DNA of 64,000 bases from Camelus dromedarius (taxonomy: Eukaryota): assembly GCF_036321535.1 (NCBI RefSeq), contig NC_087436.1, positions 16,306,001 through 16,370,000 of the forward strand. The letters are read 5' to 3'. Positions within the stretch are counted from its first letter, which is position 1, and every line of letters begins with the position of its first letter. The notes under the pieces were generated by a model, which made no database searches, was not told the origin of the DNA, and worked only from the letters and a program-made list of their open reading frames with translations. This document shows, in pieces, positions 13,665 to 27,956 of this stretch. Both the position numbers and the translations under genes were made by a program.

Positions 13665-14504
13665 GTAAGATAAGTAACCATCTACTCTGTCTGTCCTGAG
13701 CTTTTTCTCAAAGTATCTTTCATGTGTTGGTGTAATCATTAACCCTTGCTCTTCTGGAAAAAACTAGTTGATAGAGATAACTGAAAGTAACCTAACAGTT
13801 CATGAATCTCCATGTGTACTTCATAAAATTTTATTGACTTGAAAGGTATCATGCTTTATTTTATTCTTGTGTGCAGAATTTAGGTTACTTTTATATATAC
13901 ACGATGATTCAAATTTATAAGGAAAAGTTATAAGTGAAACTAGAATTCTGTGCTTTTTCCAATATGAGGAAAAGAGCATAATTCTGTTTTCCAGGTTAGA
14001 AGGCTATGGCACGTTTTAGTAATAGAAACAAGATTTTCCAATTATATCCCGAATCTATCTTTTGAAGGAAATCTTCATGGAATATTTAGAATACAAAAAC
14101 CCAAAAACTTAAAAGCCCAGTAATCATTATGCTTACAAACAACTCTTCATAATCCTCTCTAGTGAACTCTTTAATATCCTCTGTTATATGGATTCTGTAT
14201 TGTTTTATGAATAAGTAATATATCCTTTTCTTTTTAGCTTAATTATCATAAATGCTTGGAATCAGGGAGCTTTATTCTCAGTTTTTAAAAGAAGTATCAT
14301 TACCCTGAATACTTCATATTAAAAATGAAATTTAAATTGTATTGTTTCTTCACACTTAAACAAGGAAAATTATTTCATTTTAGTTTTCTTGGTCACACTC
14401 CTTACCTTTTCTACCTGTAATTACATTTGAGTCCTGTATTCTAGATCTTAATTGCAGTCCATTATTACTGAAATTTCACACTTTATATCAACTGGAAGCA
14501 ATGC

Positions 14505-14760
14505 AGGGGGAGTGGAAAGAGCATAGGCTTTGGCATTAGACCAGTTTTCCCAATCCTGGAGAACTCACTTTGCTGGTTTTGGGACCTTAGGCAATTTAAC
14601 CTTTCTGAGCCTTGGTTTCCTCATTTCTAATTTGAAAATTATGAGTATAAAGTTGTAATCAGGAAAAAAAATATACAAGGAAAAAAGTTGTAATTAGATA
14701 TGTAAAATATTCCTAGAATATTCTCTGGTTTACAGTAGGCCTTCAGGAAATAGCACCTAA
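14505..14760 (+). mobile_element. MIR SINE
   Basis: gtggaaagagcataggctttgg...gaccttaggcaatttaacctttctgagccttggtttcctcat. Confidence 0.75.
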
Positions 14761-15029
14761 CATTCTATCACGGTCGTAAGATACATGTTGCATTATAGTT
14801 TACTTCATGCATTTTTCAAAATTCTCAAGTTACTGTAATTAAAATGAGAGCCCAAGACAAAGCTTAGCTCTGAAAGATACTAAAGGAGATGTCGAGCTTT
14901 TAAATGTGACAGTTTTCTATGATTGTGTGATTCCCACACCACCACCCTCAGGGATGAATAGAAGTCAACAGAAGGTACAGTCATTCTGCATTTTTTTTCT
15001 TTATTTTTGCTTTCAATGATTGTCTACCA

Positions 15030-15921
15030 TTTTAAAACACAGTTATTGAGGTATAATTTACATACCATAAAATCCACCTGTTTAAAAGTGCATAATTCAA
15101 AGAGTTTCAGTAAATTTATACAGTGGTATAACTATCCCCACAATCAGTGTACAACACTCCAAAAAGTTTCTGTGTACCTGTTTGCTCCCAGTCCTAGTCC
15201 CAGGCAACCACTGATTCTGACTCTGTAGTTTTGTTTTTTCTAGAAAATTTTAGAACTGAAATTCTTCAATATGTAGTCTCTTTGTGCCTGGCTCTTTCAC
15301 TGAGCACAATGTTTTTGAGATTCATCCATTTTGTGCATGTATCAGTAGTTCATTTCTTTGTATTGCTGCATAGTATTCCATGGTGTAGGTGTAGCGCATT
15401 TTGTTTATTTACTAGTTTATGGACATTGGCTTTTTTCTCGTTTGAGGCTATTATGAACATCTGCATGTAGGGTGGATATCTGTTTTCATTTCTCTTGGCT
15501 AGAATCCTAGGAGTTTAATTGCTGGGTCATATGATAAGAATATGTCTACTGTGCCATTTTGCATTCCCACCAACAATATATGAAGTTCCAGTCTTCCATA
15601 TCCTTGGAAAGACTTGATGTTGTCAATCTTACTTATGCTAGTTGCTTCAGTAGGTAGTGCATTATGATTTTAATTTGCATTTCCCTAATGACTAATGATG
15701 CTGACCACCTTTTTATAGGCTTATTTTCTACTCTTGTATATTCTTTGGTGAACTATCTATTCACATCTTTTGCCTGTTTTTTAATTGGGTTGTTTATCTT
15801 TTTATTATTTACTTGTAGGAAGTCTTTCTATATTCCATAGTCTCTTATCCAACATATGTTTTGCAGATATTTTTCTCCTAGTTGGTGGCTTGTCTTTTCA
15901 TTTTTAAAGTATCCTTTTGAA
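15030..15921 (-). mobile_element. Old L1 (L1MB/L1MC-type) 3' UTR and ORF2 end, antisense
   Basis: ttattgaggtataatttacataccataaaatcc...ttgcattcccaccaacaat...ttaatttgcatttccctaatgactaatgatg. Confidence 0.85.
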
Positions 15922-18900
15922 TCACCATGTTTAATAAATGTTTTTACTATCAGCTAGATATAAAAATGATATATAAATAATAATCCCCATTCTTGAGGAA
16001 TATATCTTTAAGAAAAAAATTTAAATCATGTTCTTTTTATCATTTTATTATTGAAACACTTTTTCTCATATAATTTAACTTTTAAGTCTCAAGGGAACCA
16101 ACTCTCTGTTAATCGTTACCTTATTTAGTATTATTAAAAATGCAAAGAAATTTGTCACTGTGTTTGCTTTAAAAAGAAGTTTAAGAGGCAGAAACATTTG
16201 AATCAGTTATATTTAAAGCTCTTCAACAACATTTTGACAATGAGGAAAATTTAACTGTGTAAATTAAGGTAAGCCACTCTCCGGAGAGTACCTCCCATCT
16301 TTACTCTCACTACCCTAGCCTCAGAAGACCCAGGTCTCTTCGAAACAAGTCTCCCAAGGGCACCAAGGAACAGAAGGTGGCAGCTTACCAAACTGCTTTC
16401 CAGTAAGATTTCAGTGTTGGCTGCTCATGCTCTAAACTAAGACATGACTATGAAATTTTATACAAAGTAGTATTTTATAATACTAACCACACATTTATTG
16501 CAGCGTTATTACGCTGTTAAACATCCTGGTGATTCAATACGAGTTTTACAGATGTCTTCATAGTTGTTAGGCTCTGAATAAGCTTATATTCTTAACAGAA
16601 CTGATAACAGTTCACTGCAAGTTAAATGCAAACACAGTTTAGAGATGAATATTTACATTTCTGATCATTTAAATTGTAATTAGGAAAATACTTGATTTTA
16701 CTTAGATTTGTCTTTATGAAAGAATTTAAGAACTTATTCATTCATTCATTCATTCAGAAATATGTATTATACACCTGTGATGAACAAAGCTTTCTTATGG
16801 TGCAGTTCATATTGATTCATTTTAAAATTTCCTGTTAACTTTCTGTAAGTGACTAAATCAGTGGTATGGTATTTTATGTATCTGTTAGCATGTTATCACA
16901 TAAGGGTTTGTTTCCCCCTCCTCTTTTTGCTTTACCTCTTCAAATCCACAGATTTTATGCAATGATTGCAGCTCATGAAATGCATACTACTTTGATCTGT
17001 GACCTTTTTGTGGTGCTAATCGGGTTCCTGATATCATTATACCTTACTCATTAATCATATTTCCTGCAGCCCGTCAGGCAGCCAGACAGCACAAGTCCCT
17101 GTTTTCAGCCCTCTGTTGGCAGGTTTCTGCTTTTCCAGATTATTACAGACGATACTTTGGCTTCTCATAGCCAGAGCCACATCAAGCTGTGTGTTACAAT
17201 TAAAGTCAGATGGTCCTCAGGTTGAACAGGGATATAGTGTTGCAGCTGTCTCTCTTCCTGGAACAAGCCAGCACCAGGAACAGATGATCTATAGGACAGT
17301 GAATAATAACAGATTGTACAGGACTCCATTGGTAGCAGGGGATCCCAGATTTAATTAACGGACATACTCATTTTTAAGATACCCAGCATGTCTTTTTTAA
17401 GTAGTTCGTTGCCCAAATATTATTTCAAGAGAATAGAATATTTTTAGAAGCATGATTTTAATGGTAGACAATAATGCTACATTTTCTATTTGTGTTAGAG
17501 GAGTGTAACTACCACCTTGCCTAAGCATTTTACTCCTCAGAGTTTTCTGTAGGTAGTGAAGATCTGAATATAGGATTGGTAAATTGGCTCAAGTGTTGAA
17601 TTTATATACAAAAGATAATATCCTGTGTGTTTTAGAAGGAAACCCAAGATAGGACTGATTATTCTTTAAGCTATGTAAATAAAATTTTCTTTGTTCTGAA
17701 CAGTTGGAATCAAAGTAAAACCAAAGCAGTCTTAACACAGACCAATCTCTGGAATGGAGTTATTTAATATTACCTAGACAAGAAAAAAAAATTATTCCAA
17801 ATACTGCTTCAGAAATATAAATGAGAAACAGGCCTTCCTACTTTCAAATAATATAAAAATGTATGAGTTCAGACTGCTCATCATTTATCCCATGATATAA
17901 TGTTGATGTTATGGACCTATATTATACTGCCTCTCAAGTTCTAAGTTGAATAAGAGACAAAACCATACTCTCAGCAGTAACACCATTTATAAAAGTTGGT
18001 GAAGTAGAGCATTTTGTTTTAGCTGCAGGATGTATAAGTTATTCAAATTATACTACTAATGAAAAGTAATTTGTTCATTTAACAGGTACTTCTGAGTGCC
18101 TAGGTACATACCAGCAACTGTCAGATCAGTGAACCAGACAGACAGTATCTCTACTCTTTGGAGAGGGTACTTCCTTTTTGATAACTTAGGTTGTTGAAAT
18201 AGAAAGGTTCTCAAGGCTGAGAAGTGGCATGACTTTAATAAAGTAGGCTTCTATTGATGAATTGCCCTGAGGTTACCAGTTAGAATCACATTGGCTTTTG
18301 TGTATTCTCTGTAGCTTCCGTCTTCTCTACTATTTCATAATGGTGACATGAGCCTTCACTTGCTTGAGAAGGTAAAGAAAAATAAAATGAGTGTGTCATC
18401 TTCTTTCCAGATGATACATGGACAAATTAAAAGTGATTTTTTTAACGTTATTGTCCGAGAGAAAAATTAAAATTTCAGATTTCATTTCACCACCAACCTT
18501 GTCTTTCCTATCTGTTGCTAAAATTTAAATCTATTCAGCATAAATGTAGATCTTTTATCTGTAGCTGAACTAGGTCCATCTCCTCTAACTTTTTCCTTTG
18601 AATGGAAAATTTACATTTTTCAAGTGATGAAACAAAGACTCTCATGTGCCTAGTGAAACAATGCTAGACGTGTACACAGAGCAAGACCTGTAGCTTGAGT
18701 TGGCTGAGTTTGCAATGATACAACAATTAGATTATTGTACTAGCGTATTATGTTTTAAATTACAGTGTTTAGGAACACTGTAAGGTTGAGAAGTTTGAAG
18801 TTTGAAAGGGGTTGCACTTTTTTTTACCTTTTTTCATTTCCTTGTTTCCATTTTCTGAGGCAATGGCATTTAAAACTCTGTTTCTTAAGAGAGTTAACTA

Positions 18901-19279
18901 GGCAACATTTTTTTATTTTTTGGAGTAGAAATGCCGGAAGCTAACGTGCTGTTTTCATACTGTTTCTCTTCCAATTGCCTTTTCATTTTCCGTATTGACA
19001 ATGATATGGCCAAGAATGTAAATAGCCTTGGTGGTATAGTTGGTAATAATTATTCTCAACTATGGACACATCACCTCCCCACCCTTCCACCTTCTCACCC
19101 ATGCAGTGGTTGGATCTAAATTCCTGGGGAATGGGGGTAGATATGTATGAAGAATTTTAAAACTCTAAAATGATTAGTGTTTGGTTTGTTTTTAGTCCTG
19201 ATATGTTATTTACTGTGACAATTCTAATTCAGAAAGAACACCTTAATAAGTGGGGGAAAAAAAGATGTACTGTTTTGAT

Positions 19280-20225
19280 AGGTTATTAATTCTCCCCACA
19301 GTTACTTATAAATGCAGTATAAAAGCCAATCCAAGTCCCAGTAGATTTGTTTTGTTTTGTTGGAATATGAAAAGCTGCTTGCAAAGGACAAAGGGCCAAT
19401 TATAGCCACAACCCTTTCTGAGAACAGGAACAGATTTCAGAGGAACTTGCTTTACTATATATCAAGAATGATTATAAAGCTGTCATAACTAGGGAGAATT
19501 AGGAGAAAGAGACTAATCAAAGTGAACAGAGAACCCAGAAAAAGACCAAGACATATAAAGAAATTTCATCTGTCACAAAGCTGGTATTACTCATCTGTAG
19601 GGGAAGGAATGGTGCCAAGATAAATAGTTACTGTGTTGGTTTGCTAGGGCTGCCTTAGCAAAGTACCACAAACTGGGTGGCTTAAGCAACAGAAATGTTT
19701 TGACTCACAGTTCTGGAGGCTGGAAGTCTAAAATCAGAGTCCAGCAGGGTTGATTCTTTCTGAGTGTTGTGGATGAAGGATTAGTTCTAGGCCTCTTGTT
19801 GGCTTGTGTTTAGCTGTTGTGTCCTCATGTCTCTTCAAGTCATCTTCCCCCAGCTATATCTTTGTGTCCAAATTTTCCCTTTTTATAAGGACACCAGTTA
19901 CCTTGGTTTAAGGACCCACTCTACTGCAGTATGACATCATCTTAACATGAATAATTACGTATGTAGTGGCCCTACTTCCAAATAAGGACATTCTGAGTTA
20001 AGATTTCAACATATGAAATTTGGGGGATACCGTTCAACTCATAACAGATATTAATACGGAAAAAATAAAGTAGTAACCTTATTGTATATCATAAACAAAA
20101 ATTAAAATATATTAAAGCTTTAAAAATAAAGTCAAAAGTATAAACATTTAGAAGATAATATAGGAAGATTTCTTTCCAATACTGAAATATGGAAAAGTTT
20201 TCCAAATAGGAAACAAAAAGTGAAA
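19280..20225 (+). mobile_element. Highly diverged L1 ORF2 fragment interrupted by an MLT1 LTR
   Basis: A-rich L1-like sequence (atcaagaatgattataaagctg, acagagaacccagaaaaagacc) resumes after 20046. Confidence 0.6.
19632..20046 (-). mobile_element. MLT1 (ERVL-MaLR) solo LTR
   Basis: TG...CA ends; gctagggctgcc...aaagtaccacaaactgggtggcttaagcaacagaaa...cacagttctggaggctggaagtc. Confidence 0.88.
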
Positions 20226-21030
20226 TATGATATATTTCATTAATTGATTTTTGGATGTTAAACCAACCTTGCATTCCTTGAATATATCAAACTTGGATGA
20301 TATACATTCTTTTGATTTATACTGTACTTTTTGTTAATGTTTTGTTGAGAAATCATTACTCTTGAGGATTTTTGCATCTATGTTCAAGAGGAATATTGGG
20401 GTATAGTTTTCTTGTGATATCTTTGTGTGGTTTTAATATCAGGATGTATATTTTTCTCATAGAATGAAATGAAGCAGTGTTCCTTCCCTCTTCTCTAGTT
20501 TCTGAAAGACTTTGTGAGAGATTACTATTATTTCTTCTTTAAATGATTAGTTGGATTCACCACTGAATCCATCATAGCATTTGTTCATGTGTGAGGGAAG
20601 ATTTTAAATTACCAAATCAATTTTTTTCCTTGAATCAGTTTCAGTAGTTTGTGTATTTCTAGGCGTTTGGTCATTTTATGTAAGTTGTCTAATTTATTGG
20701 TATAGAGTTTTTCGTAGTATGCCTTATAATCATTTTAATTTCTCTAAGATCCGGTAGTGCTATTACCTCATTCATCCCTGATATGTGGTAATTTGTATCA
20801 TTTCTTTTCTTGGTTTGTCAGTTGTGTTGATCTTTTCAAAGAACCGACTTTTCATTTCATTGTTTTTTCTCTACTGTGTTTCTGTTTTTTCTTTCATTTG
20901 AATTTTCACTCTAATAATCATTGTTTCTTTTCTTTTGCTTGTTTTACATTTGGTTTGCTCTTTTATAGATTCTTAATTGGGGAAGCTAGTTTTTTAATTA
21001 GAGTTTTTTCCTTCTTTTCTAATATTGAAA
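20225..21030 (-). mobile_element. L1 ORF2 fragment (RT N-terminal region), antisense
   Basis: The minus-strand ORF 20089-20274 begins MQGWFNIQKSINEIYHI, matching the L1 ORF2p motif MQGWFNIRKSINVIHHI. Confidence 0.85.
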
Positions 21031-21689
21031 GTGTGAGGAGAGTGCAGTTTTTTGTTTTTTTTTTTCCCTTCTTTCTTTCTGACAGAGGAAACTATAATAG
21101 CTGTGCTTTTAGTTTCTGGCTTCTACATTGTCATTCCACATGCTTTTCCTGCTCATCCCAGTGCCTGCCACCTGCTGTTGTTACACACTGCAGCGTGGGC
21201 ATACTCTACTCTTGTTTAACCAAACTATATTGTAAAGCTCATAACCTTATCCTTACTACCACCCCCTTAAAAAACAAAATAAGACAAAACCCTGCAAACA
21301 GCTCTTCTCAAATTTTCTCTTCCTTGAAACTTTTCAGAAACCCCCCCTGCATAGTACCTTATGGCCTTCCTATAACCCATTCTCAATCTGGTTTTCTTCT
21401 CATGTGACTTATAGGTCGTTATTCTCCTTACCCAGTGGACCGTCTATGCTATTTTGCATATAGAAGCCTAGTTTCAGATGTAAACTGTATCCTTAATGGA
21501 GGTGTGTTTTAAAACATGTTGTGTGGAAAACATAATCTGCATCAGAATCCCCTGAGGTATAGTTAAGAAATAATGCACATTTATTTTTTCATTCATCGAA
21601 TGCTTGTTGAATACCTCTTTTGTACTATTCTAGTGGCTCGATGTTGATTAAGGGAAGAGAAGATATAAACCCCCATCCTAACCTCCATA

Positions 21690-22400
21690 TGGTGGAGAAA
21701 AGATGGACTTTATAATAAATGGTATGGGCTAGCCATATGAAAAAAAGATAACCTTATATTTGTTTGTCATATAGGAAACCAAGGATCACATACCTAAATA
21801 TGAAAAGGTGAGACAAACACAAGAAAACATTAGTGACTTTCTGTATAACCTGAGAGGGGGGAAAAACTTCCCCAACTATGACTGAAAATCCAAAGGTAAT
21901 AAAAGAAAGAACTGATCACTTTGATTACATAAATACTGATAATTTTCACATTAAAAATGCATCAGAAACAAACTCAGAAGACAATTGACAAACTGAATAA
22001 AAATATTTGAGATTTAAAACTAGTGAAGCTCATTTATAGAGAACTCTTAAAAGTCAACAATCTGATAGAAAAATGAGCAACAATTCACAGAAAAATAAAT
22101 GTCAGTGCCTCTTAAACATGAACAAATACTCAACCTCACTCATAATGGAAGAAATATAAATAGTACTGAAATTCCATCTTCATCTTCCAGATTTGCCACA
22201 TTCCAAAAATTCACCAACTTGCTCTTCTGATGAGTCTGTGGGAAAAGAGGCATTGGTCCATGTTTCTGATGAGAATGCAAAATGACACACTCCCAGGGAA
22301 GTTTGCCGGTCTCTATCAAAATTAACTATTTACCCTTTGATACACTGGCCAAAGTAAGAAATGTCATATTCACAGGTGGAAAATATTTTCTTTAATAGTT
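21690..22400 (+). mobile_element. Diverged L1 (L1ME-type) ORF2 C-terminal fragment
   Basis: ataaatggtatgggctagccatatg...caattcacagaaaaataaat...atactcaacctcactcataat. Confidence 0.7.
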
Positions 22401-24804
22401 GTGACTTTGAAACTATTAAATATTTTATATAACTTAAAAAATAAAATCAAGAAGGGGAAAAAATTCAGTCCCTAAGTGTATCCCTAGTAGGATATGTTTT
22501 ATAGACAAGAGAACCAGAAGATATCTTAAAATTCTTTTCCTAGTCTTTTATTTAAATATAACTGGTATATTTCTTTTGAAACTAATAGGAGTATATTGTA
22601 AATTAAGCAAATGAGGAATTGTGTCAAAGTCATCAAGATCAAGACTTTTAATGTAAGAGGAAAAGAGATTCAAATATAAAATCAGTATAAATCAGAAAAT
22701 TTTAGAAGCAGCCTAACAATGCCAGCCAGAAACTCTAATTTTTTTCATGTGCCAATTGCTGGTAAATATTTTAGTTATTAACTTGCAGTAAGCAGACTTG
22801 CAAGTTATACATACAAAGCAACATTATTTGTCATGAAGAATTTAACTATCAGGGAAACCAGAATGTTTCTTCTTTCTGGCCAAGCAGTTTCTCACCCAAA
22901 ACTGTACAGGAATCCAAATATAAGCAAAAACTCATTGTGTGATAATATTGATTTAGAATAAAAGACAATTGGATGATCTTAATGAATTGAACAGTATTTG
23001 TTCAGTACTTAGACTCTTCTCGGTCCTGGGGATACAGAGGCAGCCAAGGCAGACAAGGGCCTGCCCTCGTGGAATGACATGTTCATTCCAGAGGAAATCT
23101 CACTGGCTGTGTTAGCCGGATGCCTCTGTGTCCAGTGCAGAGATACAATGCCTGCCACAAAAGTCAGAATATTCGTATTTATGTGGTTGAATATCCTCTC
23201 TTCTAGGTTTGTGTAGGACACACTGTCAAATTCTTACTTTCTGTGCTTCCCTTGGATAATTTCTATGTTGACCATCCTGCTTCTGCTAAGCCTTTTTTCC
23301 AACAGAGCAGCACTGTCTTTATTAATCACATTAATAGTGTCATACTTTTATAGATTCACCCGAATCACCATGATTGGAATTTGGATATTCTTCCCAAATT
23401 TATTACTTGGGATATTATTTTACAGATGGCTAATCTATTTCCAAGCAATTTTTCATAATTTAATTTCTTTCTCTAAGTTTTGAAGTACCTGGATGCGCTG
23501 ACTTCAGGGAAGAAAACAAACAAAAAACCCAGCAACAAATGAAACCTCATGGTGACATACTGCTTGTCCCAAGCAGTTTAAGTTCTCTAGATGTTAGAAG
23601 TAACAAGAAGGGGAAGAGTGGAAGGAGAGATACTTTTCTTAATAGAAAAAAAGAAAGAGGTTTAGAAAGTACACTCTTTACTTTTTCGTTTTCAATCTTT
23701 GTGTAAATTATCACAGTAGTGCTCTCTCTGGTACAGCTGAAAGTTACCATTTCTGCCAGGGACTAATGGTAATGGTTGGAAAAGGAAAGTGAGACTAATG
23801 GGCTCACAATATGAGACTGGTAGCAGAATTCACAGAGGAGCGCTTGCCCGCCCGGTTCCCCTCACGACCACCGTGGCTTCTGGAGGTGCTCCGTGGTGCT
23901 GGGAAGACGTGCCTCCAGTCCCTCCCTGCCTTTGTTCCTGGCACTGGGCCATGTCACCTGCAGTGGCAGTTTATCTGAAAAGCAGCATCTCTGCTGGGAG
24001 GTTGGTTCTGCCTATGGCTACTTTCATGCAACTCTCTGCACAGCGATACCCAGTAAATGACTGTTTACTGTGGTATTTATGTCTGTCTGATTTGCCAACA
24101 ACTGGTGTATATCAAACAGATTTTTTTCCCAACTAAAAATTTTGTGTAAATCAGCAAATTTCTTTGGTCATGGTAACCAGAATGTGACAATACCTACCAC
24201 CCACCTCCCCACCCCATCCCCCTAAAAAAAAAAAAAAGAAGAGGACTGCTTTCTGCTTTTCTGGCATTACTTATTTTTTGTGGTCTCATTGATTCTTTTC
24301 ACTCTATTTTGGAATTATCATTAGAAAATACACTTACGATGGATATCAAAGTACTTGCAATGCTAGGAAACAATGAATAGTGGTGTGAGTCCTGTGTTTA
24401 TATGAAAAGGGAGGCCATTTTTCATTTTTCTCTCTATTAACAGATATGCCAAATAAGTGTTAGGTTACTTTCTGTAAAGTAGATTTTCTAATGTTCTTGT
24501 TTTTAAGCAAAGGCAAATTTAGTTAGTGTTACTGTTAGAATATTAAATAATATATTCAATTAAATGCTGTTAACTGCGGTACTTGATTTTTATTTTGTGT
24601 GGAAATGTACATCTCAATTTTTTCTGAGGCATTTTAGAATTTCTTTAGCTTAAATCATTTCTGATGTTTCTTTTCTTCTCTTCCTCTTTTCCCCTCTCTC
24701 CCACTTTTTTTCTTTATTTTACCTTTTGGTATTTTTTGTTTACCACGTTTATGTCCTACTAAAAATATTTTATTTCTAACCTTGTGCATTCAAAAGTTCT
24801 TTTA

Positions 24805-25300
24805 ACATTTTATTGGGAAATAATTTCAAACTTACAAAAAGTTACAAAAGTTAAATTGTTCACAGAGCATTCATGTGCTCCTTACCCTGATTCACTATTG
24901 GTAGCATTTTACCCCTCCTTTTTTTATATGAGCTTTCTCCCTCCTTTTTTGTCTCCCTTCCCTCCCCTGACCACTGTGTTTACATACTAATATGAATATA
25001 TATGCATATATTTAATATATATATGTAATATTTTTACTGCATCATTTCAGGGTAAGTTACACACTTCATGGTACTTTATCCCCAAATACTGCAGTAAATA
25101 TCTTCTTAAAATAGGGATATTTTCTTATGTAACCACAGTAACACCATTTCATGAATTTAAATTACTGCAACACCTTTATCTAATTTACTTTCCATATGTC
25201 AGTTTTGTTAGCTGACATAATAATGTTCTTTATGGAATTTTTACCCTACAATTCAGGATCCAGTCTAGGATAAGTTATGGCTTTTAATTGCTATGTTCGA
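24805..25300 (-). mobile_element. L1MC-type 3' end, antisense
   Basis: ttttattgggaaataatttcaaacttacaaaaagtt...caggatccagtctagg. Confidence 0.7.
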
Positions 25301-25331
25301 TTCTTAGAAGTTACTTTTTCTATAACTCTGT

Positions 25332-25751
25332 TGTATTAGCTCCTGAGGCTGCTGTGACCAAGTACCACAGACTGGGTGCCTTAAACAATACAAATTTGTT
25401 GTCTGATAATTCTGGAAGCTAGAGGTCTGAGATCAAGGTGTTGGCAGTTTCACGCCCCCTCTGCAGGAGGTGGGGAAGGGTCTGTTCCAAGTCTGTCTCT
25501 CAGCTCTGTGTTTCTGGTAGTTCTTTGGCTCATAGCAACCAACTCCAGTCTTCATTTCACTTTCTACCTGTATGCATGCTCATTCCTCTGTCCAGATTTT
25601 CCTCCTTTTCTAAGGACACTAGTTATTGATTTCATTTTAATCTCATTACCTTTGTAAAGACTTTCTCTCCAAATAAGGTCACATTCTAAGGTACTGGAGG
25701 TTACAACTCCAACATCTTTTGTTTAGGGGACCACAACTTAACCCATTAACA
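25332..25751 (-). mobile_element. MLT1 (ERVL-MaLR) solo LTR
   Basis: tgtattagctcctgaggctgctgtgaccaagtaccacagactggg...ccaaataaggtcacattct...acccattaaca. Confidence 0.88.
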
Positions 25752-26503
25752 ACAAGTTAACCTGTCTTTTCCAGAACATTCTTTGAAATTGTCTTTTTAT
25801 GATATCCTCTCATTTTTTATTTTCATTAAATGATATTACAGTTATTCTGTATGCCTGAAAATTGTATTTTATGGATTCTGATTCAGATCCTTCTTAAAAG
25901 TAAAAAGGCATGAGTTGTAACCCAGATTCCTTGAAGAAATTTAATCTTCATGTCAGAAACAAATCAGTTATACATATTTCTGCATCATCCTGAGACCACT
26001 TTATTCAGCACCCTATGAGGTTATATAAAACAAACTATTTTTCTGTATGCTATATCAAGATACTTCTAAATTGTGTGTATCCTCCCTAAATTGGAGACGC
26101 TCACAAATACTGCTTTTACCTTGGTGGTTATTATAGCCTTCCTGACTCTTAACATGACATACATAGTTCTTTACAGTCTGTTTGCATACTTCCCCAAATT
26201 CATTATTTACAAAAGACAGTATAGTCATACTGAGCAACTTACACTTTTCTAAAAGTGCTATGTTCTCTCACATTTTATAAGCTACTTACAAAAATTCCAC
26301 ATTGCTCCCCCAATAGCCACATGGATACTTCTCCTTCCCCCTTCTCTCCTCCCTTCCTTCAACCCCCAAGCTTTTTTTAGCTAATTTATGCACATTTTTC
26401 AGAATTCCCTGGAGAAGCTTTAATTATACCTCCCTCCACGCTTCAGCACTCTGCCACCACCAACAGAGTCTGCCTTAGATGCCCTTCCTGTGTGTTCTTT
26501 TAG

Positions 26504-26505
<2 letters not shown>

Positions 26506-26573
<68 letters not shown>
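26506..26573. repeat. Perfect (AC)34 microsatellite
   Basis: 68 bp of uninterrupted AC dinucleotide. Confidence 0.97.
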
Positions 26574-26575
<2 letters not shown>

Positions 26576-27956
26576 ACCATTTTGGTGGACTTCCCACTTG
26601 CCTGTTTCCTCCACAAAATGTTGAGCCACTTGAGGACCTCTCTTATTTTTCTTTGCATCCTCAAGCCTATCACAGTTATCTGGCCCATAGTACCAAGGGC
26701 ATGTTTGCTGAAAGAATGAATGAAAATGGATGAGTCATCCAAAAGTATCAGACAGAACCAAAATGCTTCAGGACAAGAGTAGAACATAGTCGTCTCCTTG
26801 ATGACCAACTCTGCTCCTTTTGCAGCATCTGCCTGGAACATGCCATGAATGATTAGTAGTTTCTGTCGTGATTATAGGAGAGAGGAATTTAGCCTTTAGT
26901 GTCTCTGGGTGTCAAACCTGAGTACTAGTCGGTTAGTGTGAGAGATCATATGCAATGGTGAGACTCATGAAATATGTTGCACAAAATAGTACATGTAGGA
27001 TAAGCATGGTATTTCAATAAAAAACAGGTAGTTTCTGGCTAAGTACATGATTAATGCAGAAAATACATGAATTGCAATTATAAGGCATGTTGTAAAGAAA
27101 AGATAAAGAATGTATTAAAGTTAAGTAGCAACCATGCTTCCTTTGCATTTTAAGGTTTTACGTTTCATTTCTTGTAATCTATTTATATTTCACAATGTGA
27201 GTTACAGTTTTTAAAACAATACAGAAAAGCTACTTCAAACGAATACATGTAAAATTTCTACCATCATGAATGTCTCTGAATTAATATTTTTCTGTTATTT
27301 ACAAAATACAGTATTTTAAATTATTCAAAACCACAAAAGAATTTTTTCTATAAACCATGTTTTGTATCAATCACAATGAATAGTTATTTTCTAATAAAAA
27401 CCAAATTATTACCTTGTTCAGCATAGGAGAAATATTGAGAGAAGAAGTACAGACTATTTGTATAGCAGCATTTGCTTTTTCTTTTTTATGTGCTCATCAA
27501 ATGTACTTCTCTCAACTGGCTTATTTTCCTCTGTGTTCACAGCATTTTTCTGAGAAAGTGTTATACTGCATTTCCTTTAGGTCATGCTTATTTATTATAT
27601 AGTATTTGTGATGTTTTCCTTCTCAATGAACTCTTTATCCATTTTACTTTTTCAGTCCCATGCTTATCTAGGACTGTATCTTTCACCATCTCACGTATTT
27701 CTATTCAACCAAATGAGTATCTGGGGAGAAAAATTCTCTGGTGAACATCTGATGTTCCCTTATTTTCCTCTTTTTACCTTTTAAAAAAAAAATCTTTCCT
27801 TCAATAGAGAAGATGCTTAAATATATTTTTGTATATTACAAATGGAAATATATCCTTTGTAATTCTGTGTTATACTCACTATATATTTTCCATAAACAAA
27901 ATTTATTCATACTGTGTTCAGTAAGATTTTTCATTAAAGTTTAGATTTTTAGAAAG

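Noticed and set aside
20757..21407. Longest listed ORF (216 aa)
   Set aside because: Phe/Ser/Cys-rich translation of an antisense L1 and T-rich sequence, with no recognisable domain.
19280..22400. Twin-priming inverted L1 (alternating plus/minus/plus fragments)
   Set aside because: The two plus fragments appear to cover overlapping ORF2 regions and about 650 bp of unrelated sequence intervenes, which fits independent insertions.
26479..26841. Poly-TH and poly-VC ORFs
   Set aside because: Translations of the (AC)34 microsatellite.
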